Below are positions 41,370-53,966 of a stretch of DNA of 64,000 nt, in pieces. The stretch lies in NCBI RefSeq assembly GCF_009914755.1, contig NC_060946.1. One strand, 5' to 3'. The stretch is from the human T2T-CHM13v2.0 reference genome, Homo sapiens. The translations under genes were made by a program, and so were the position numbers. The first letter of the stretch is position 1. Every line of letters begins with the position of its first letter. The notes beneath the pieces are model-generated. The model was not told the origin of the DNA and searched no databases. It saw only the letters and a program-made list of their open reading frames with translations.

Positions 41370-44300
41370 GAATTGGGTGTCTTTTTAAGATTAATATTGG
41401 AAATGCCTTTTAGTGCCTTTTGGCTGCTAGACTGATTCTTTGAATGTCACGTTCCTCCAAAACTGGACCATGTAGTACTCCAAAATGTGCTTGGGTTATG
41501 CTAATATCACTGTCATCATCATCAACCATCCTCATCATCACTGCTACTACTTGTTAAACACATTTCTGTGAAAGATACAGCATTAGATGTTTTACCTAAT
41601 TAAAAAGTAAGGTAGGTAATATTACTATACCTATTTTACAGAGGAAAAAACAGAGGAAAGTGGTTCAGCATTTTTTGCTCCTGGCCTCATGGCTGGTGCC
41701 AGTGCTGGAACTTACACCCATGTCTATTTCAAAAGCCCATGCTTGAATCCCCTATCATCCTGGTCACCGTCTTATTACTGTAATCTATATTAATGCAAGG
41801 GTGTTCTTAATTTGTCCTCAAATATATGTTTGAGCCCTTTGGTAGTGAACCCCAAATTCATAGTTGCCTAAAAATTTTCCTAGAGAGCTAGGTTGCATCC
41901 CTTGGGAAACAATGAAGCATTAACTCCTAGGAATTGCATAAGGGTGATCAGGGCTGGAGTGCATTTGTAGGTAAAGGAAACAAGACCCAGTGACATGGAG
42001 TTGAGGAAGTCTACTGATGCTCAAGAGACTGAGTCCGGGTGCCAAGAGATGAGACCACAGAATCAGACCCGGACTAGCTATGAAGGAATCTGAATGCCAG
42101 GCTTCCAGATTTGGTTTTATGATACAGATGTGAGAAATCTTTGATGGGTTCTGAGTAGATTTCCCTTCTAAAAAAATCACACCAGCTGCAAAAGAGATGA
42201 TGCAACAGAAAGGAGAACTGGGAGGGGTTGGGGGACAATGGAAACACTGATGAAAAAGTCTAGGTAAGAGATGATAATGGGTGAACTCGGGCCAACAGGA
42301 AGGGCTATGAAAGGACCTAGAAACTAATTGGATGTGGAGGCGGAGAAAAAGAGAGGATGCCTGGATGCCTCTGGGGTTTCTAGTCTGGGTGACTGCTATT
42401 TTCCCAGGCCACTGCTTAGCATCACAGAGCAAGGAGTCCCAGGACCATGAATAAATCCTGCAGCCCCAGGACAGAGTTCTGTTGTATCACTTGCTTTCTG
42501 CATTTTTACCTCCTTCTTATTCCATAATCCTTGCCCTGTGGAAAGGGGCTGACAGTTTCTTACCAGAGCTCAATTAAATTATCTCTGAGCCCACCCCTTT
42601 TGCAAGTCCTGTGTGCCCGCTCAGTTTCCCTGCCGAGAAAATCTGCCCAAGCAGCAGAGCCCCATGCCAGAGATGTACAATCCCCTGTTACTATGATTAA
42701 TTTGGATAAACATATGTCAGAGAAGCAACAGAAAATGAGCTCTCCTCTGTGAACGAGAACAAGCTGTGTTGAACCTGGGATCATTCAGGCTTCAAATTTG
42801 TAGGCAACTTCCAGGGAGCATGGGATGAGGTGGAGTTAGAAAATTTCAAAGCAACAAGGACACTGTATGTTCCTTGAGAGGAATCTCCTCATTGCAATTG
42901 CTTCTTCCAAGTTGGTTGATAAACAGAGCTGAGAGCACTGGAGAGGAACTGAGCCTTGATTTTTTCCTCACAGAGCCCAGAGAAAGAGCTACTGTTTATA
43001 GAGACGGTTTAATAGAGTGGTCTAGAGCTTTGGCACCAATGTCGATGGGACTTGGGGACACAGCCTGGCTCTGCCACTGACTGTGGAACCTTAGTCCAGA
43101 GACTGTGCCTCTGAATCTCACTTTTCATCTGCGAAACATAGGGTGATGATGTGATTTTTAACTCATCTGGGATCTTGAGGATCCCAGATATAAAGTGCAT
43201 TTAAGCAACATAAACTTTCAAGCATCAGACAGCATGCTAAACATCGATGCTGAGTAAAGCAGACTGGCCACCTGTCTTCTTAGACAGCACAGTCTAGTAG
43301 ATGTTCACACCCCTCAGGCTTCATTAGTGACTGCCTCCTGTGTGCCAGACACCACACTGAGAGCTTTTGTTTATTATTATCTGCAGCTTCAACCAAAAGC
43401 TGAGAGGTAAGCATTGTATAGAGCCCGGTGTTTTTTCTCTTTAAAACACTAAGTTCATTTAAGGATGGGATTGATATGATCCTCTATCCACCAAGCCCTT
43501 GGTTAAAGAGGACCACTCTGTAGCATGACAACCTTCCCTTGTTACTTGGGGAGAAACTATCATCTATCTCGGGCTTTTAAGTATAACCTCATTATATTCC
43601 ATTTACCAAGGTTGGAAAGAGCCATGTTCTGGTCTTGGCTGGGATTTGCAAGACCTGGAGCATTGAAGAGGGCCTGTCTACTCTAATCCGGTGAGAATGA
43701 GGTTGCTAAGGAGACCTTTGTCATTATTAAATCAGTAAATACTGGGATGCTGATGGCTTCCCTGAAAAGGGGGTGCTTTCTCTTTTGAGAAAGGAAAACA
43801 ACTCCCTTTGGACTGGAGGGGAAAAGCCATCGTGGAAAGTGGTGTTTGAAAAGAGAACAAACCACTTTGAAACTCTTTATCTTTCTGGTTTATCATGAGG
43901 CAAGAGGAGAGGCAGGAGGGACAGGAGTTGTATTTTACCTTATCAAGAAATCTAGGCTTCCTAAGCTTCCTTCTGGAAACCTTGTGCCCTATACTTAAGA
44001 GCAAGTGATTTTTTTAAAAGAGAGAGAGAAAAAATAAAGAAAAACAAAATTAGGAGAGCCAGTGTAGGAGACAGTAAAAGACTGGTTTACTAAACAGCAG
44101 GCACCTAATGAGGCAAGGACTTTAGATGTCAAACTGGCTTGAAGATGCAGAAAAGACTGCACACTGCTGGAGGAACTAATCCTACGCCTGAGATGAGCTC
44201 ATTCTGCTTGCTTAGGAAAAGCAAAGCAAAAGCATTAATCTGTTTCCTGATTGATAGCAGACTTGGATTAATAAAAAAAAAAGTGCCTATGTATGTATTT

Positions 44301-46762
44301 CTTGCAATAAAATATTTATTACAGAATTTTAAAGAAAGATTAATTGACCAGATGAATAAATAGTATTCCAGGTTGCTGAAGTTTTAAGTTCTGTCCTCCA
44401 ACAAATATAGATTTATCCAAAGTGTATTCAAATTTTTGAAATCCTCAGCCGTAGCTGGTTGAGCTCTTGTAAGTACTGAGACTGGGTCTATATAAAGCCA
44501 AAATAGGAACCCTCCAAAGAACTCAGTTTCTCAACCACTTTCAGTTCATAAAATAAAATATCCATGAATTATAGGTGCTGGATGGAAACATAATGAAAAT
44601 CTTATCCATCAATTTCAATTTGCAGAAGAAAAGGTTGGAAGCTAGAGAGGTTTGATGGCCTGCTCAAGGTCAAACGGGCCCTAACTAGAACCCAGGTATC
44701 CTCACTCCTGGTCCTGTCTACCTTCCACAAAGGAGACCTGTTGGTTTATTTGATGGTTTCAAGTTCTTCATTGAAATTAACCAAGGTATGGCATCCTGTG
44801 ATCTCCCATCAATTTGAGCCACAAGAATCTAACTTGATCAATTAATTCCTGCCTCATTTTATTCTGTTCTCTTCCTTCTCACAGGAAGTAACATTTCTGC
44901 CAACAACAACATCCACTCCTACTCAGCTCTTCGTTCCCTGCAATTCCTGTCTTGCCCGACCCCTGCAGAGTGGAAGAAGGTGATGGATGGGCAGAGAAAT
45001 GGGAGATGGACAGCTACCAGGGAAGAATCTGTGATTTGGGAGCCTTTTGGTGACATGCACATTCAAAGGACTAGGAAAGAATGGCTTTTTCAAACAGCAT
45101 AAATAGAAAACCAGTGGGCCCGAGCGCTCACTGCTACATAATGAACGTGCCTGCCTTTTCCTAACAACATTTTAAGTCGGTAATTGGCCCGACAGGGGAC
45201 GTGAACTGTACACTGAGTCACAGAATAGTACAGAAAATCTCAGAATGGCTTCACCTCCCATCAGGAAAGCCTCCCGTGTACCAAGCCCTGTAGAGACACA
45301 TTTCTGGCATTTGGAGGAGTGCAGACGTTCAAAATAAGAAAGAGCTTCAGAGGACAACCGTCCCCTGGGTTCCCGGCCTTTTCCACATCAGAAGACTCTT
45401 TGATATGTTCCCCTCTTTCCCTAGGGCCCCTTGTTCTAAAGGATGCAGCCAGCAAACTAAACTGCTCTGATCATCTAAAAAAAAAGGATATGTTTCCCAC
45501 AGAATAACCACAGATCTATATAACGAATGATCACTCAGTTAATATGATGCCTCTAAAAGATAAGTGGCCTGTCTCATCTAAAATAATCATAATATCAATA
45601 ATAATATGATTTTATTGGGTGCTTACTAAAGCCCAGATGAGGGATTTACAATGCTTATCTTACTTAATCCTTATGAGACTGTCATAAAGTTGTCTTTATT
45701 TCACAGTTCAGGAAACAGAGGCACAGAGGAGTTCTGTAACTTACCAAACTAGGTTCAAAACTCAGATTTATCTGACTGCAAAGTCACTTTTTTTTTTTTT
45801 TTTGGATTTAGCTTCAAAAGGACATTGCCTTTACAAAGTTATTCTTAACCATGCTACAGTTTTTCTATTAGTTTTTTTGAAATATTGACACTCATTTGGG
45901 GGAATGCCCATCAGTTTCTTCACAAGCTTTTGCAAGGTTGGAGGCTTTAGGTTAAGTATTGTTGTTTTGGTCTCAACTCTTCCCTTAATAGTTAAGATAA
46001 TGGAGACCCACAGAGGGCTAGAAACTTGCTCAGTATCAACCTAGTTAATTAGCAGTAACACTAATTTTAAATGCTAGTTTTTAAAATTCTGGGTCCTGAG
46101 CTCTTTATGTCACACTCAGCTTCAGCAAGTAATAGTTGAACACCTATCAGAGGGAGGGCAGATAAGTAGCAAGCATGTCATCACCCTTATAACCAAATAG
46201 CCATGGCAGACATTACTAATCAATCATGGAAATCTTTCCTGCTGAACCTGGATGTGGCTCCATGCAGGCACTCCCAATCAATTAGAATTGGCAAATGAGA
46301 TAAAACTTATTCACTATTGACACCATATGCAACACTGTTCAAGGTCCTCAAGATGATGTAAAACAAGCACAAAATGAATGTCTGCTTTCAAAAATGCTAT
46401 CACTTTCAGAAAATTATTTCAGTCCAAAGTAATTTATTTCAAAGTACTAGGGCAGACCAACTTCTAATGCCAGTGATTTTTGGAGACAGGCAATATCATG
46501 AATTGATATTGATAACCTGCTCACAAAATCAAGATCAACCAGGATGAGAGTAGGGATAGGGACCACCTTGAGGGGACGGGATATGAGAATGTGAGTGGGA
46601 GAAGGTGGTTGCTGGAGGGCCAGTCAATAGGAGAAGGCATTAACTCAAGAGAAATGTGTGAGTGCATGAAGCTGAGGGTGGAGGTGGAAGTGTAATTTGA
46701 CAAGGAGGGACACTAAAATTGATAGCTGAGAGAGAATGCGGTATCCACTGTGCTTCAGGGAC

Positions 46763-47178
46763 TGCAATAGTTTGAATGTTTGTCTCCTCAAATTTCATGT
46801 TGAGTTTGATCCCCAAAACTGGAGGTGGGGCCCAATGGGAAGTGTTAGGGTCAAAGAGACAGATTCCCCATGAATGGCTTTGCGCTGTCCTCATGGTAAT
46901 GACTGAGTTCTCACTCATTACTTCCTGCAAGCGCTGGTTGTTAAAAAGAGCCTAGCATCTCCCCTGCCTCTCTCTCTTTCTTCCTCTCTCACTGTGGGAT
47001 CCCTGCACATACACTCACCTTTGTCTTCCATCATGAGTGGAAGCAGCTTGAGGCCCTCACCAGATGCAGATACTGTTTCTTGTACAGCCTGCAGAACCAT
47101 GAGTCAAAAAATCCTCTTTTCTTTATAATTACGCAGCCTCAGGAATTCCTTTATAGCAACACTAAATGGACTAAGACA
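46763..47178 (+). mobile_element. MSTB-like MaLR solo LTR
   Basis: tgcaatagtttgaatgtttgtc ... atagcaacactaaatggactaagaca; 5-bp TSD gggac/tggac. Confidence 0.9.
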
Positions 47179-48392
47179 TGGACAAAGCTGAGATTTAAGG
47201 GTGGAAGGAGCAGGTTAAAAGTATTAATTTGTTGCATATCAACACTTGTGAGTAAGATAGCTCTTCTCTTTGCCTCTTCACCTTTTTAAAATAAGTGACC
47301 ATGATAAAAGAAAAGGTTATAGAATTGGGAGAAAAGGACAATATAATATAGGCCCTCCCAAAACCTTTGGGACTGTTTCCCACTATGAGGTAGACTTGGA
47401 CAAGGACATTTTCTGACTCCCAGAAGTGGTGAATGCCACGTGGTCAGCAAATTCTGTCAAGACTCTTCCAGCCAAACAAGTCTATGTCATCTTGCTTGTT
47501 ACTTTACCTCTTCAAAGGCAATGGCTACTGGGATGATGGATCTTGGAAGCATTAGCAAATGGAGTCAAAAGAACTAAAGGAAGAGGACCCAAATGTGGAG
47601 TGAATGAGACGGAGATTGTGTGAGTTATTAAGTATAGAACAGCCCAACTCCAGGGTGGGAAAAGAGGAATTATGCAAATGCCAGGATAAGCATTTCCACT
47701 TTGGAATTCTAAGAAATGAGAGTTTTCTAGAGAAGTTGTTCATCAAGGGAGAAATTCTATGTCAGGAATGTGTCAAAATTTAGAACCAAGCCCCTTTCAT
47801 AGGCAAGGGAAGCTCAGGTGCCCATTGAGGATGCCCTGAGTTTGGGAAAGAGGACGGTGTCTTCCTGGGCTAAGCAGCTGTCTGCACCACTTTGGATCAA
47901 TTTCCACTTGAACATGTTGCCACTGCCTCCCAAACTCCATCTTCTAACCCCAAGAATGCATTGTATAGAATTAGTCTCACAATTCCACAGACAGAATTAG
48001 CCTCTGCAATGAGAGATCAGCCCTTGACTTGTGGTTAATTACGTACAATTCAAAATCAACCCCCTGTTGTTCACATTTCCCTTGTGCCTGGAGCTCTTGG
48101 AAGAAGAAATTGCATGCTGTCCTGGGAAAGGCTGGAGAAGGTGTATGGCACTAGGTTGCAACGTGTTGGCATGTCCTAAAGACACATGTGAGAATAATGT
48201 GGTCGATTATTGTGACAGCTGAGGACAGACTTTGCTAGTCAGAATTCTGGGGAAACAACTTTAAGCATAAAAATGTTTCTTTTAAATGATTATTTTATTA
48301 GCCTTGTGATCAGTGCAGTACAGGATTCTGTTCCTGTTGAAAGAAGTAAAGCATTCGTACATCCCCAGCGTCCTTTAGTGAGCTCTCTAGGG

Positions 48393-48614
48393 CAGGGACC
48401 AGGGAACTATGGCCTGTGGGCCACATTCTACTCACTCCTTGTTTTTATATAGTTTCATCAGAACATATAATTTGTTTACATATGGTCTATGGCTGCTTTG
48501 AACTACAACAGAAGATTTGAGTAGCTGCAGCAGAGACCAAATACCCTGAATGGCTCACAGAGCCTAAAGTATGTACTACCTGGCTCTTTATAGGAAAAAG
48601 TTCACCAACCCCTG
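48393..48614. mobile_element. MER58A (hAT-Charlie)
   Basis: caggg..aactatggcctgtgggcca ... tggctctttataggaaaaagttcaccaacccctg. Confidence 0.85.
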
Positions 48615-48833
48615 ATTTAAGGAAATATCAGAGAAACCACCTAACCTTGTGTTTTGAAGCTGGATTCTGCTGGTCCATGACCTCCTGACCTTTTCCCTGC
48701 TCTGTTCTGCAATGCAGGAAGTTGCAAAGGAGCTGTCTCCCACAGGTGTGTTTGAGGCTCCTGGGTCAACTGGCTTCTGTCTGGATTCAGCAATGGCAGA
48801 TACTGACAGTAGACTAAAGAGGGAGAAGATTAA

Positions 48834-49289
48834 ACACACACATACACACGTATACACACACAGATATGTATACACACATACACATATACACAAATATACA
48901 TATACACACATCCACACATTTATACATACGCACACATGCACACTACACACATATGTACATACATACACACATGCACACATACATATACACATGCACACAT
49001 ATATACATATACACATATACATACAAACATGCATACATTTATACATATACACATATGCACATATATGCACATAAACACATGCATACATATATACATATAC
49101 ACAATATACACATATACATATATACACAAACACACAGTTTTACATATACACATATACACACATATACACAAACATACATATACACACATACATTCACACA
49201 TACACATGCACACACCACATATGCACACATGAACACACATATACACACATACCACATATGCACACACATACACACACACACACACACAC
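48834..49289. repeat. Long (CA/TA)n alternating purine-pyrimidine tract
   Basis: About 455 bp of cata/caca/tata; source of the H/I/Y/T-rich and C/V/M/Y-rich ORFs. Confidence 0.97.
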
Positions 49290-49299
49290 AATTCAGTCA

Positions 49300-49610
49300 G
49301 CATCTCCAGTGGCAACTGTGAACCTTCTGTAGCCCCAGCTACTGTTGGCTTGGCCCCCTGTAGTGCCAGCTTCTGCTGAGGAGCCCCAGACCCTGGACTC
49401 CAGTAACACTGTCCTTTGACCCTCCAGCCAGGAGGTGGTAGGAGCTTCCTGCTGTACTGTTCTCTGTGATATCCCATGGTTGTTAGTAAATTCCTCAGCC
49501 CTTCCATCCCCTGTATAACCAGTTTCTTTTATCAAATTCCTGATTTTAAATCCATAGATTTGTTTCTGTTTTGTTGGTTGGATCCTGACAGGTCCAGGTC
49601 CTGACCCTGA
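49300..49610 (+). mobile_element. LTR33/LTR41-like ERVL LTR fragment
   Basis: ctccagtaacactgtcctttgaccctccagccaggaggtggtaggagcttcctgctg..tgtataaccagttt. Confidence 0.55.
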
Positions 49611-49891
49611 ATCCTGGCCATAGCACCAAAGTCCTGTTAGGGTCTGCTTTCTGTTTTCCACCTTGATGGGGCTGTTGGAGTTTTGCTTTGAATACTGGGT
49701 GGCTGTGTTCTTCCAAATTGTTGGAGCAGACAGCTTCATTAGCTAAGGAGTCCTTGCTACAATCATGGGCTTCTCTAGCCTCACCAGATGAATATCCATC
49801 TCCATCCTCAAATATCTCTCTGCTGCTCACAGTGAGATGGGACCCCAGGGAGGTGGCACTATCATAGCTCTCAGTTCCTGTGTCCCTATTG

Positions 49892-49965
49892 CCGAGAAAC
49901 GTCATCTACCACCAAGAAAGGTCATCTACCACCGAGAAAGGTCATCTACCACCGAGAAAGGTCAT
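49892..49965. repeat. 20-bp minisatellite, 3.7 copies of CCGAGAAAGGTCATCTACCA
   Basis: Units start at 49892, 49912, 49932 and 49952; two substitutions in total. Confidence 0.97.
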
Positions 49966-52900
49966 TCTTCTGATGCTCTTTGCTTGTTTCCACAGTGCTC
50001 ACACTCCCAACACACCTCTGCCCAACTCCAGCCTAGAATAATAACTCCAACCTCACTCCTACCACAGATTGTTTGGCTTTGATGCTGTCAACATTTGAAT
50101 CTTGGCCCTTCCTAGCCCATCATTTTTCCATGATTTAAAAATTGATGCTGAAAAACAAAAAAAAATCAGTGGTCAGAACATTTAAGAAAATACTGGATTA
50201 AACAAATTAAAAGAGGTCTCTTCAATACAGGACTTCTCAGAGCCTTTAAAATAAGAGGCAATTGAGACAGCAGTGTTTTCAAAACTAATTTGAGCATGGA
50301 ACTTTTCTTCTCTGTGTGGGGATCATCTCATGGGGCTTAGGATCCATGAAACATTATTTGATATGATGAATATTTGTTGTTTCTGTCTGTCCAGATTCCA
50401 TCTTTCTCTTACCCCCTTCTTCTGGTGACAGGATAACTCTCTTGAGTCAGAGACCTTTTCCATCTGGTATGGGTGGGACTGACCTTCCTGCCATCATCTT
50501 CAACAACAGAGTTGTGATGTCATCCAGTTGTGTCCCCAGTGATTGAGGATGGGAAGGTATCTAAATTGGGACAACCAGAGTCCTTAGGGAGACTTTTCTA
50601 ACAAGGATTTCAGGGAGAACTTGTTCTTTCTTTCACTGGGGGTATTGAGTTGCTAGAATAATAGTGGGCCAGGGGTCTAATGGCTGTCAGGTATGAAGAA
50701 GCTATTGGAATAGAAACCAAGCCAAGAGCCATAACAGAATTGACAGCTAGAGAGAAAGCAGAACCCTGGCAATATTTCCTGAGCCCCTGGACCCAGTCAA
50801 GTCGGAAACTGGTTCCATTCCTTTGACTCCCTAGTTACATGAGCTAATAAATCCTACCATTCCATTTTTATTTTACTATTATTAATAATTTTATTTTTGC
50901 TTAAGGTAGGTTGAGTTCACCCTTTTGTCTCTCACAAATAAAATATGCCTGGCTAATAGATGGAGAAAACACAGCCTCTTCTGGCTCAAAGTACATGCCA
51001 TGCTGCCTTGGGTCAGAATCCCCCTGCTGGCTTTGAATCCTTAGAATGCAATCCCCAAGGCCAAGCCCTGTGCTTGGTATTCTGTCCCAACCACTCAAGG
51101 TCCCCTGAAGAGAAAAGGCCATGTAGAAATCAGGGCTTGAACGGGAGAAGACAGATGGAGCAGGACAGGAACACAGGGTAGCCTCCATCCATAATTCATC
51201 TTTCCAAAGCCAGGTCGCAGTCTCAACATCCTGGATCTTGGTTTTGTGTGAACCCATGAGATGGGGCCTTCAGGGAATGGACACCCAGCACTGTGCCTCT
51301 TCTTAAATTATGCCATGATTCTACATGTGCCCTAAATTTCCATCTTCTCTGCTGTTACACCGTTCCAACACCAAAGATCATTGATTCCAGCCCTGGAATG
51401 ATTTACTTGGTGCAACTAGAAAACAACATATGTTGACTTGAATGATATTCAGATTAATAAATGAGAGACTCCAAGGCCTTCCAGCTGAGAAGCAGTTTTC
51501 ATTCAGAAATTACTCATGTGGAATGGCAGAAGTGCCAAGAATACAGGTGTAAACAAGTGGCAGAAATGAGAAGAACCCGATGCGTGAAGAGAACAATGAA
51601 AATATTACCTCGTATGCTGAACGCCCCTCAACATTGGAAAAGAGCTTCCACAAACAATCTTGGTGATGCTCAAACCACCCTCTCAACAGGTGAAGGTGAT
51701 TAGCCCCATTCTTCAGAGGAGATCATCCAGGTGGCCAAGAATACAAAATGACCCAAAGTGCCCCATATCAGGTAGCCAGAGGGGGCAGTCAGGGCTTGAA
51801 TGTGAGATGCCTGACTCAGGTCCAGGTCTCTTTGCACATCAGACAGGGATGGTTAGCTGGTTTCCATCTCTGATCAACATGGAGCTGACTCTATTTCCCA
51901 TTTTTCAGCCATCCCAACAACTCCACCCCAAAATCCAAAGTTTGCCCCTCAACACTAAACACCACTTTGCTGGAATGTCTATGTTTTCCTTCGACCATTA
52001 GGCTTCCCAGTTGTCACCTGGGGAAACTGTGACTATAGATTCCAGCTCAAACCATAAAGGGTTAAGAACTAAAAATAGTGTGATAGCAATTAAAGCTCTT
52101 CTTTTTCCTAATCATTTATTTCTTGATTTGTTAGCTGAAAGCCTATTATGGCATCTTAAGACATTAAAGAGTAGTTTTTGTGGGGGGAGGAGGATCCATT
52201 ATACTAAAGACAATCCTTCAAATATGGTGGACATAAGTAAATTTTCTCTCTCTTTGCAAACCCAACCAACTCCATTAGGATGAACTAACAGTCCCTAATA
52301 AGGACAGCGGCCATCAGTTAAACAATTAACATATCTTTAGTGTTTTTCTCCCCAACTCATCCATAAACTCCAGGAAAAATGTGCCTGTCTTGTTCATTAT
52401 TCTATATGCTCAGTAGGAGCAGAGCACGGAGCATGAAGCAGGTGCTTAGATTAGAAAATAATACAATAATTGAATGAATTAACAAACCGTTGAGATGAGA
52501 TAGTCAAGTCAGCATAAACATCTTTTTTGTTTGCTGATCCTAGAGAAACATTAGCTTATGAACTTTATAGACAATAATAGCTTTGTACTCAGTACACTTT
52601 ACTGTCATTCAGCAAAGCAGTTATTGATCACCCACTATGTGTCAGGGGTGTCTTAGACTGAGAGCCACTTCATATGCTTTTTGGTAAATGCACAGACACT
52701 GAAACATATAAACATACATACACAAATGGAAACATGCACACACACATATCCACAGACATATACACATACAATACATTCTTAAAGTCTTGGCTTGATTTTC
52801 TACTAGTCAAGATATGCCTGGGTTTAACCTGTGCATGCCTGTACCCTTCTACACCTGTAAGGACTTGATCTTCACCCACACTTGCTCCTCAGCCTGAAGG

Positions 52901-53467
52901 ACCGAGCTTGCCTACAGATGGGCCATATTTAAGCCTCTGCTGCACCCATGCCTTGGGGCTGACTTTGGGTATTTGTCTGCACTGGCCCATAATCTGATCT
53001 TCCACTTGGGCCTCCGCTTTGCCCTCTGTTCCCTCAGCCCTCACCTGTGCTCTGGTTTTTCTCAGACACTTTGGCCTGGATCTCTATCTCTGCCTCAGTC
53101 TTTCCAGGTCCTCTTGGGCCCTGGACCCCAGCACAGAGGCTGGATACTGAAACAGACTCCCCTGGTGCCCCCTTCTCTGATCTCTTCGGTGCCCTGCCTG
53201 TGGGACACTTTGGATTCCCACAGATCATGCTTGCTAGAACTTGAGCTGACTCTGTGAATGGCCAGCTTTTTCCTACCAGCTTGAACCCGCTTTGGCCACC
53301 AGCGTGTGGAGTGCCTTTTCCAAGAGGTGGGATTAGCTGTGATCCTTCTGCCTGCCCCACCCTATTGTAAGCAAATGGACAAGGTCCTGAAGGGAGGCAG
53401 GACTGTGGCCCATCTACCTGCTTTGAATAAATGTCCATGAGGCTTCTTTAGTTGTAAATGCTTAGAA

Positions 53468-53677
53468 CAGGGTTTCTCAGCCACAGCATTATTGACATTT
53501 TGGGCTGGACAATTCTTTGTGGTGAATTGTCTCGTACATTCTTGGATATTTTGCAGCACCCTTAGCCTCTGTGTACTAGATACTAGTTGCAACCCCAAGC
53601 TGGGACAACCAAAAATGTCTCCAGACATTGCCAAGATCCCTTTGGGGGTAAAATTGTCTCCAATTAAGAACCACTGC
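53468..53677. mobile_element. MER20 (opposite orientation to the copy at 1449)
   Basis: cagggtttctcagcc..attgacattttgggctggacaattc ... aaaatgtctccagacattgcca..aagaaccactg. Confidence 0.88.
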
Positions 53678-53678
53678 C

Positions 53679-53932
53679 TGGCCAAGTGCGGTGGCTCACA
53701 CCTGTAATCCCAGCACTTTGGGAGGCAAAGGCAGGTGGATCACGAGGTCAGGAGATTGAGACCATCCTGGCTAACATGGTGAAACCCCAACTCTACTACA
53801 AATACAAAAAAATAGTCGGACATGGTGGCACGTGCCTGTAATCCCAGCTACTCGGGAGGCTGAGGCAGAGGTTGCAGTGAGCCGAGATTGCGCCGCCACT
53901 GCACTCCAGCTGGGTGACAGAGCAAGACTCCA

Positions 53933-53964
<32 letters not shown>
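53679..53964 (+). mobile_element. AluSc-like with an internal right-arm deletion
   Basis: ggatcacgaggtcaggagattgagaccatcctggctaacatgg; ggctgaggcagaggttgcagtgagc lacks the gagaat..gaacccggg segment. Confidence 0.92.

Positions 53965-53966
<2 letters not shown>

Noticed and set aside
48588-49507. Multiple 100-195-aa H/I/Y/T-rich or C/V/M-rich ORFs
   Set aside because: Produced by the stop-poor (CA/TA)n tract.
49892-49965. CRISPR-like array
   Set aside because: Contiguous tandem units with no unique spacers, no cas genes and a eukaryotic context. The 60-bp array at 9565-9830 is likewise explained by L2 termini.
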